Below the pieces are notes generated by a model. That model saw nothing but the letters and a program-made list of their open reading frames with translations, was not told the DNA's origin and made no database searches. DNA of 63,813 nt, the filler included, from Guillardia theta CCMP2712 (lineage: Eukaryota > Protista > Cryptophyta), in the NCBI RefSeq assembly GCF_000315625.1. It is 4 parts of 4 records of this genome, joined end to end, with 100 filler letters (N's around TTAATTAATTAA, not from the genome) between each part and the next. Parts side by side here need not be neighbours in the genome. Positions count along the whole stretch, not along the records: positions 49,114 to 63,813 come from NW_005434317.1; 3 more parts are not named here. One strand, written 5' to 3'. Position 1 is the stretch's first letter. Each line of letters begins with the position of its first letter. The position numbers and the translations under genes are program-made. Positions 53,335 to 62,156 of this stretch are shown here, piece after piece.

Positions 53335-55325
53335 AGTCGGAGTGGTTTACGGTGAGGTTTACTCATCAACCATGCTTACTGCAAGGTTTATCTCACGTTA
53401 CAGTTCAGACTCAAAGCGGTCACATTGCGACAGGGATTGTGACTAAACATCGTCAATGCGGGTATCTGTTAGTATCCAAGGCAGCCATGTTCGCTCGGAG
53501 GCCTGCCCAGGCGCGATGCGGCTCCAAGCTCGCAGATGCATCAATGTCAGGGCTGCATCACTGAGACGACCTTGATGCGTCCGGGCTTGACTGAGATTGA
53601 AAAATATGTAGGAGCAAAGAGAGAGACTGAATACCCACTCGGATATAAGCAACTCATGGAACAAGAAAAGTAACAACCCTTGGAGGCTGAAAGAGTGCTT
53701 CTCAAACTGTTGGACATACCTGGAAGGCTAAAAGCTTCAAGTTGAGGATTGCGGCACGAGCATTCGTCGTTGATGTTGCAAACCTGACAGACAGATTCAT
53801 CCGCTAGGAATGTTCATCTTGACTCAGTTTCGTGATCAGAGCTGAGCCAGGGCAAGCAATGAACCTAAAAAAGCAGACCAATATCAGGACTGATTGACGA
53901 TCAGCACATACATCCCACCGAAGAAGCTGCTTGGTCAGAGGCCACAGGGGACCTGGAGGGCTGGCGGACAAGAGGATGCTGAGAGCTGAAAAACTGACAG
54001 TCTAGAACGAGGGGAGAAGAATATAATAAGATGGTATGAATTGATTGACGAGTCTGCAGCTATACACGACGCAACAAGGTCAGTCAACTTGAAAGCTTCA
54101 TCGAACAGCAAACGATGTGTTGAAGTTCACAGTTTGACTGAGCTTCTCAACGTTTCTTTCTGTTCCTTGTAAAGCTCGGGATCGCAGACACCTCAACAGG
54201 TCTGCTACTTGGACCTACAGGTTTGTCCGCCCCTGGACGTGCCTGGGGGGCTCGCGGCTCTCCGCCTGTGCCTCTGGGTCAGCTGTGAAAGTGCTTGCAA
54301 GTATTCGAAGGCTTTCGCTGGCTCGATCTCTTGTCAAGCGCAACCTCGTTCTGATGTGACTCCTTTGCGCCGCTGGCTTCCTAGACTCGACCTGGAGAGA
54401 AGATGTATCTGACGACCATGAGCACAGTGGTCAACGCCTCCTTCATGATTCTGTTCCTTCAGCCACCGTCCTCCAGGCCCCATCCGATGACCCGGCCTAG
54501 CTCAGATCATGGCGATCTGACTGAGCTTATCCGACAAGGGCATACAAGCAATCGCACAACACGGACGCATCGAGTGCGATCACTGAAGGATCAGATGTCA
54601 CCAAAACAAATTCATTCATGACTCTACTGAGCTAGAAATATCAATGTCATCCTCCAGAGAGCCTGTGGCCCAAGGGAAATATCGCCTCCTCCCATCTCAT
54701 GCCCCGCCCACGCACCCGTGACTGTCACACCCCCCTCCTCTCTTTCTCCTCTTCCCATCTGCCGGGCCCTCGGGCCTGCTAGTCGCTCTGCCGCCCTCCA
54801 AGCGGCTCCCACGCATAGCCCCCCTCCCCCCCCACAAGCCCCCTCAGCTCTCTCCCGCTCCGTCTTGACCTCTCCCCGCGGGTCTCCCCTCCTCCCGGTC
54901 CTTCTGCAGCTGACGGAAGTACTTCTGCGCATGCGATCGCACCTGCGACTCCGTGCGAGTCTTGACGTACTCGGCGATCTTCCGCGCGACCCCGGGCCCC
55001 AGCACCGCTCCTCGTCCTCCGTCGCTGGTCTCGCTCGTACTCGTCGTCGACTGGTAGGCGCGCAGGGCCTTGACAAAGCGAGCATGCTCGAGAGGCGTCC
55101 AGCGGTTACGAGGGTCGCGTTGCCGCTCTTCAGCCTGGCTCGAGCTGGGCACGGCGGGGGCGGCGGGGGCTCCGGAGCTGGGCGACGGGTCTTGAGGAGG
55201 GGCAGGAGGAGGAGCCTCGTCGTAGGCGAGGACGAAGGCGACGAGCGAGTAGTTCCATGGCTCGTCGGAGGGCGCAGGCAGCTCTGGGTCCATGGCGAGA
55301 GCGTCGCGAGAGCCGTGAGGAGGCG
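53325..55325. repeat. ~2-kb segmental duplication unit (segment A + Myb gene), repeated at ~58012-60020; the Myb half is also at ~51530-52690
   Basis: The same small ORFs recur in the track (53352/58041, 53443/58132, 54209/58943, 54403/59137). Near-identical sequence with a few indels. Confidence 0.95.
54844..55293 (-). CDS. Single-exon SHAQKYF-class Myb-like transcription factor (149 aa), copy 2
   Basis: RNRWTPLEHARFVKALRAY...ARKIAEYVKTRTESQVRSHAQKYF is a single Myb repeat of the SHAQKYF class. ATG and stop intact. Confidence 0.9.
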   Translation of the reverse strand: MDPELPAPSDEPWNYSLVAFVLAYDEAPPPAPPQDPSPSSGAPAAPAVPSSSQAEERQRDPRNRWTPLEHARFVKALRAYQSTTSTSETSDGGRGAVLGPGVARKIAEYVKTRTESQVRSHAQKYFRQLQKDREEGRPAGRGQDGAGES

Positions 55326-56057
55326 GAGGAGGGTCTTGGTGACAAGAGCCGAGCGCAAAGAGGAGGGAGAGAGAAGTGAGGGAAGACAGAGGATGAGCTG
55401 ATCAGAAGGAGAGGAGCTGTCGACGCGCGCTAAGAGGCGGTAGAGAGGAAGTTGAGGACAGGGATGGGAGGGATGTACGGCCAGAGGAGGAGCAGGATTG
55501 AAGGGATGATGAAGGGGGGTAAGGGGGGGTATGGGGGGTCAGGACAAGCCCCCGTTGCGTCATTTTGTAGGGCCGTCCGTCAGCATTCAAACGATTTGAA
55601 GCAGCCCGAAATGACAGAGAAGATCAGAGGGAAGATTTGAAATTAAGTTTGAAAACCTTTCACGGAGTAGCCCATGACCACCCCCTCCGGAATGGCAATG
55701 GCAGCAAGGCGGCAACCAGGTTTGAGGATGATTTATTCAGCCTGTGCAATGATGACAATCGTGAAACCACCATAGCCAATCAGGGATTTGTGAGATCTAT
55801 ATCATGGTGTCAATCATTTGAATGTCATCGTTGCAGAGTTTAATATTTTCTACAATACGTTTTCTCTGTTTTCGACTTGCAACCAGCAATGCTACGCAAT
55901 CCCCGGAACCGTTGCATATTTCCTGTTCATCCTTCATCCCATTCCCCTGATTTAGCATATACTGACTTTCGTTTGTTCTTCTGCCTGCTATTTTCTGGCT
56001 CCACATCATTATCAGATCCATCCCGTGCATTGAAAGCTTCACGGTCGTGGGGTTTGC

Positions 56058-57675
56058 TTAGGATACAAAAGGCAGGTTTGGATCCACCTTTTTAGATACT
56101 TCCGTGCATGCCTGATTGAATTTTCTCAGAAAATTCTTCTTGTTCAGATGGCCGGTCAAGGACCAAAGATTCTCTACACTATCCGTACAGAGAGTTCGTG
56201 AATTGAAGTCATAGTCTCTATCACCCAGCGTATGATTCTTATCCCTCACATACTGTTGTACAGGCACATGAGTATCAATTGCAACTATGAACCCTTCAAA
56301 TGTGACAGAGGATAGTCCTTTGACATATTTGTGGCTGACACTGGTCCAGTCGATGCCTTCCAAAAGCCATCTTCGACCCTCTTGTACTAGACGTATCCGC
56401 TCTGAAACTTTCAGCCCTCTTTCATCGAATGCTTTGTGCAGGCCAGACATAGCCTCTGCCATTCTTGCTGTCGCTTCATGCCCTTCTGCCTTCAGTAGAC
56501 TGATGGCCTTGTCACTGAACATCTTCAGCATGATATCCACCGATTGTGGATCGGCGGTCCCGTCGACTTCCATCTGAGTCATCCACGCAGCATTCTTCTT
56601 GGCGATATCGCTGTAAGCTTTATTACATATCTTTGCTTCCCTTGATGATGACTGCGACTTCCCTGATCCAATGGAATGTCTTACATTCTTCAGCAAGAGA
56701 TTGATGCACGGCGAGAAAATCAACAGCTTCTTACTAATGGGAGAGACGACAGGATTGGATAACCATTCGTCGAATTGAAAGCGGATCTTGTATTCATCAA
56801 AGTTATTTAGTCCATCAGCTATTCTTCGCTCCATCTCCCAAGGAGTGAATGTTTCCTCCCCCTCTTCATTGCGGTTGGCCAACAAAGGAACTTCTTCATA
56901 TCCATACCGTCTGCAAAATATTTGAAGCCTGCAAAACATCTCTTTCAAGGTCGCTCTGGGCCTCATGCTCGTATTGCATCGTAGCGTCTTCTCCTTTTGA
57001 ACTTGCCATATGGCCTGGTTCTGTCGTAACTGCAAAACAAACTGTTTGATTTCTCTCATCTCGGCAACATCCATGTGTACAAGGTTTCGATTCTTCCTGT
57101 GAATATTGCCAATACGTGTACGAAGTCGATTCAAGTGCTCATACACGGCCTTTGTCCCTCCAAGTGATTTACCAGATGCTTGTTTTTCGAAACCTGTATG
57201 TAGCGCTGGAGAAAACATCTCGAAAATCCTTCTAATGTATGCCCATAGACATCTCCGAGGACCTTTAGTTTGTTTTGGACTTCAAACAAGGATACAGAAC
57301 GAAGACTCCACTTGAGGTAATGGGTCGCTGAAGCTAGAAGATTCTCTCGTCTTCACACTCCACAGATAAAGTTGCATGGACATGACATTGCAAGAAATCC
57401 AACAGCTTGAAATCCAAGGCATCATCCCATTTAGAGAGCAAGATCTGCTCAAGATCATTGAAGGTCTTGTGTTGTTTGAACCTTGAAACACAAGTTGTGC
57501 ACAAAGGCACACCATGCCACTTTCGAATGCTTGTCATCTCACTTCGTCTGTGGCATGATGAGCACGTTTTCTTCGCTGGAGGCCTCGGCCTGACCATGGT
57601 GTGGGGCACCATAGCTTTGACCACCAAAACTCTGATTTGAATTTTCTCGTGACACCCTGCCATGGCATGCAGCAC
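56058..57675 (-). mobile_element. Degenerate P-element/THAP9-like transposase-derived gene (386-aa ORF 56058-57218) with upstream Cys4 zinc-finger exon (57334-57675)
   Basis: Ordered motifs NLLLKNVRHSI (cf. HLIKNIRN), DPQSVDIMLKMFSDKAISLL (cf. KQKVKLATQLFS), EATARMAEAMSGLHKAFD (cf. TADFFKLMNDWFD), RTLCTDSVENLWS (cf. RLNQDxVEHFFS). Lower GC than host exons. No TIRs found. Confidence 0.55.
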
Positions 57676-57859
57676 CCCCTAAATTCCCCGCCATGGTGCC
57701 CCGAACACACTGCATGGCGGCGCGATGAGGAAAGAGGAGAGTATTTAACTAAATATCTCTACCAGTTAATTCCCACACTAGGGGTTGGCCCGTCTGTCAA
57801 ATCGAAAATGCTAGTTCCCAACAGAAAATCGCTAGGAGAAGGAGCTGAGGACTGTAACA

Positions 57860-58016
57860 AGAAGACAATGACTATCATCTGAAAGAGAAGACAACGACTA
57901 TCATCTGAAAGAGAAGACAACGACTATCATCTGAAAGAGAAGACAACGACTATCATCTGAAAGAGAAGACAACGACTATCATCTGAAAGAGAAGACAACG
58001 ACTATCATCTGAAAGA
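57860..58016. repeat. 26-bp minisatellite, 6 copies (GAAGACAACGACTATCATCTGAAAGA), a deletion derivative of the 47-bp unit
   Basis: GACTATC core at 57870, 57896, 57922, 57948, 57974 and 58000. Confidence 0.95.
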
Positions 58017-59528
58017 AAAGCTGAGTCGGAGTGGTTTACGGTGAGGTTTACTCATCAACCATGCTCACTGCAAGGTTTATCTAACGTTACAGTTCAGACT
58101 CAAAGCGGTCACATTGCGACAGGGAATGTGACTAAACATCGTCAATGCGGGTATCTGTTAGTATCCAAGGCAGCCATGTTCGCTCGGAGGCCTGCCCAGG
58201 CGCGATGCGGCTCCAAGCTCGCAGATGCATCAATGTCAGGGCTGCATCACTGAGACGACCTTGATGCGTCCGGGCTTGACTGAGATTGAAAAATATGTAG
58301 GAGCAAAGAGAGAGACTGAATACCCACTCGGATATAAGCAACTCATGGAACAAGAAAAGTAACAACCCTTGGAGGCTGAACGAGTGCTTCTCAAACTGTT
58401 GGACATACCTGGAAGGCTAAAAGCTTCAAGTTGAGGATTGCGGCACGAGCATTCGTCGTTGATGTTGCAAACCTGACAGACAGATTCATCCGCTAGGAAT
58501 GTTCATCTTGACTCAGTTTCGTGATCAGAGCTGAGCCAGGGCAAGTAATGAACCTAAAAAAGCAGACCAATATCAGGACTGATTGACGATCAGCACATAC
58601 ATCCCATCATCAACGACTTCTTGTCTGATCAAGTCAGCGTGGAGAATCCTTTCATACACGAGGCATCAACAGAGACACCGAAGAAGCTGCTTGGTCAGAG
58701 GCTAGGGGACCTGGAGGGCTGGCGGACAAGAGGATGCTGAGAGCTGAAAAACTGACAGTCTAGAACGATATGAATTGATTGACGAGTCTGCAGCTATACA
58801 CGACGCAACAAGGTCAGTCAACTTGAAAGCTTCATCGAACAGCAAACGATGTGTTGAAGTTCACAGGTTGACTGCGCTTCTCAACGTTTCTTTCTGTTCC
58901 TTGTAAAGCTCGGGATCGCAGACACCTCAACAGGTCTGCTACTTGGACCTACAGGTTTGTCCGCCCCTGGACGTGCCTGGGGGGCTCGCGGCTCTCCGCC
59001 TGTGCCTCTGGGTCAGCTGTGAAAGTGCTTGCAAGTATTCGAAGGCTTTCGCTGGCTCGATCTCTTGTCAAGCGCAACCTCGTTCTGATGTGACTCCTTT
59101 GCGCCGCTTGCTTCCTAGACTCGACCTGGAGAGAAGATGTATCTGACGACCATGAGCACAGTGGTCAACGCCTCCTTCATGATTCTGTTCCTTCAGCCAC
59201 CGTCCTCCAGGCCCCATCCGATGACCCGGCCTAGCTCAGATCATGGCGATCTGACTGAGCTTATCCGACAAGGGCATACAAGCAATCGCACAACACGGAT
59301 GCATCGAGTGCGATCACTGAAGGATCAGATGTCACCAAAACAAATTCATTCATGACTCTACTGAGCTAGAAATATCAATGTCATCCTCCAGAGAGCCTGT
59401 GGCCCAAGGGAAATATCGCCTCCTCCCATCTCATGCCCCGCCCACGCACCCGTGACTGTCACACCCGTCGCTCTGCCGCCCTCCAAGCGGCTCCCACGCA
59501 TAGCCCCCCTCCCCCCCCACAAGCCCCC

Positions 59529-59978
59529 TCAGCTCTCTCCCGCTCCGTCTTGACCTCTCCCCGCGGGTCTCCCCTCCTCCCGGTCCTTCTGCAGCTGACG
59601 GAAGTACTTCTGCGCATGCGATCGCACCTGCGACTCCGTGCGAGTCTTGACGTACTCGGCGATCTTCCGCGCGACCCCGGGCCCCAGCACCGCTCCTCGT
59701 CCTCCGTCGCTGGTCTCGCTCGTACTCGTCGTCGACTGGTAGGCGCGCAGGGCCTTGACGAAGCGAGCATGCTCGAGAGGCGTCCAGCGGTTACGAGGGT
59801 CGCGTTGCCGCTCTTCAGCCTGGCTCGAGCTGGGCACGGCGGGGGCGGCGGGGGCTCCGGAGCTGGGCGACGGGTCTTGAGGAGGGGCAGGAGGAGGAGC
59901 CTCGTCGTAGGCGAGGACGAAGGCGACGAGCGAGTAGTTCCATGGCTCGTCGGAGGGAGCAGGCAGCTCTGGGTCCAT
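59529..59978 (-). CDS. Single-exon SHAQKYF-class Myb-like transcription factor (149 aa), copy 3
   Basis: Protein matches copy 2 from MDPELPAPS. It has a different upstream region (open frame to 60158) and a deletion just downstream of the stop. Confidence 0.88.
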   Translation of the reverse strand: MDPELPAPSDEPWNYSLVAFVLAYDEAPPPAPPQDPSPSSGAPAAPAVPSSSQAEERQRDPRNRWTPLEHARFVKALRAYQSTTSTSETSDGGRGAVLGPGVARKIAEYVKTRTESQVRSHAQKYFRQLQKDREEGRPAGRGQDGAGES

Positions 59979-60482
59979 GGCGAGAGCGTCGCGAGAGCCG
60001 TGAGGAGGCGGAGGAGGGTCTTGGAGACGACGGCTGCGCGTATGGCGACAGGCGGGGGGCGGGACTGCAGGAGAGGAGGGGAAGAGGGTAGAGAGGAGGT
60101 CGGGGACACAGAGGGGATCTGGCGGTGTAGAGGGGGGCAGTGGCTGGTGGAGAAACACGAGGGCAGAGGAGACTGGACGGTTCTTGTAGGGCAGCCTAGA
60201 GAGGGTCGGGGGAGGAGGGAGAGAGGAGGGAGGAGGACGCAGAGCAGGAGAAATCAGAGGCAGCGAGTCTGCATGCCAGTTGGTCAGTCACTGAAAGGCC
60301 GGTAGGGGTGGTCGGAGGGCCAGCCCCCAAGTTGTTATAATAGGGGGCTTATTTACAGAGGCTTTGACAAGATATGAAAGGGGAGATTTGAAATTTAATT
60401 TGAATGCTACGTACAAACTCAAACTCGCCGACCTCAGGCTTAACTTTGAGTAAAAAGCTCAAGCGGCCCCCGAGCCTGACTC

Positions 60483-60912
60483 GATTGAATTTCATAGCGT
60501 TCAGTAAACTGAGTGATTTGAACGCTAATCTGAAACTTTCAAATCTGCTCAGTTAAAAGCCGATTGAATTTCATACCGTTCAGTAAACTGAGTGATTTGA
60601 ACGCTAATCTGAAACTTTCAAATCTGCTCAGTTGAAAGCCGATTGAACTTCATACCGTTCAGTAGTAAACGGAGTCGTTCAGTAAACGGAGTCAGATTTG
60701 AGCGCTAATCTGAAATTTTCAAAATCTGCTCAGTTGAAAGTCGATGAACAAATTTCATATCCGATTCAGTAAACGGAGTCGGATTTGAACGCTAATCGAT
60801 TTGAATTTCAGTTTCATACCGTTCAGTACTAAACGGAGTGATTTGTCGGAACGCGGCTAGAGTCTGACGGGACTCTCAATCGGAAACTTTAAAATCTGCT
60901 CAGTTAAACTTG
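60483..60912. repeat. Degenerate ~79-bp tandem repeat (~4-5 copies)
   Basis: GATTGAATTTCATA(G/C)CGTTCAGTAAACTGAGTGATTTGAACGCTAATCTGAAACTTTCAAATCTGCTCAGTT at 60483, 60562 and 60641, then decaying. Confidence 0.88.
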
Positions 60913-62156
60913 AATTGCCCTCAGTGGGCCCCTCCGAGTCCGCTGCTCCCGGGAGGCCCCCTCAGATCAGTGTCGGATGCGCCGGGCCCGCCGGCCCGCC
61001 GGGCCGGGTCACCGTGGCACCCGGTGACCCGGTGACCGTGCCACGGGTGCCTGGCGCCGCCGGCCCGGCGCCCGGGCCGCCGCCGGCCCCGCCGGGCCAG
61101 GCCGCGGTGAGCCGCGGCGCAGGGGCCGGGCGGGCCGGGCCACTGGGCCAGCCGGGCCTACCGTTACTACTAGTGCCGCCGGGCCGCGGTACCGTACGGT
61201 ACGTCGAGTCCGATAGTAGTCAGTACAGGCCTAGACTAGTACCGTACCCGGTACGGTAGCCCCCCGCCGGTGTAGTACGGTCCGGGTACTATGGCATCCT
61301 CAGCGCCGGGTACCAAGTTCGGGAGTCGGCAGTAGTCAGCCTGAGTCACGGGCTAGTACGGCCCCGGACGGTACTACGGTACCGGCTACTACCCGGGCCG
61401 GCGTAGTGACGGTACGGTACGGCGGCGGCGGGCCGCGGTTGAGTCCGCACTGCGGCGTAGGCTTTGGGGTTTCCTTGATTGCCATATAACTTGAAGTACG
61501 GTACCCTAGGCGGGCCCGGGCCCGAACATGACGTCGATATCACCTGCCCGGCTGAGTAGCCCGGGCCGCTGAGTACGGCGGCGGTGCCTGAGGCAGACTG
61601 GCTGCCACAGTGCAGTGCAGCAGCTGAGTGCCCTCTCATCATGATGCTGCTCAGTCACAGTGCCGCTGAGCCTCGGAGTGCTCAGCTGAGCGGCTGCGAC
61701 GGTTCACTGATTGAAGTGAGACCGGAGGGCCGCCATGCCCGGCGGGGTCGTGACCGTACTGATGCCGCGAGTTCTCCCGGACCGGGCTGAGTCTCGGAGC
61801 CGGGCTTGGCCCGCCGCGCTCCCGGAGTCCCAGTGCGGTATGTCATAGCTGCTCCTCAGTGTCCTGCGGGACTATTTCGGCCTCGCCGGACCGCCGGACC
61901 GGCCGCCGTCACGGCCCGGTACCGTCACGGTCAAGCCAGTACCGAATAGAGTACCAACTTGAAGTTCTGCGCGGCGGTCACTAGTCTAGGCAGTACCCGG
62001 TCTAAGTGACTACAGTGCGTGTACGGCACGGTACGCAGGTTGAGTCTCGACTCAGTCACAGGCCGCAGTGGCACTCAGGGGCCTGCCGATCGGACGGTAC
62101 TCACGCGGCGGGCGGCGCGGCGGGTACGCCGCGCAGCCTGTCACAGTACCCGTGAC

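Noticed and set aside
53335-54520. Segment A as a protein-coding gene
   Set aside because: It has some splice-like signals but only short ORFs with no recognisable domain. It could be a decayed gene or ncRNA, but this cannot be supported from sequence alone.
56058-57218. ORF as Fanzor/TnpB (RuvC) nuclease
   Set aside because: No RuvC-I (DxG), RuvC-II or C-terminal zinc ribbon/RuvC-III pattern seen; the motif order fits a P-like transposase better.
51713-60305. Long overlapping/antisense ORFs on the Myb copies (e.g. 51798-52409 +, 54624-55358 -, 59433-60305 +)
   Set aside because: Shadow frames of GC-rich coding DNA. Only the SHAQKYF frame has a recognisable domain.
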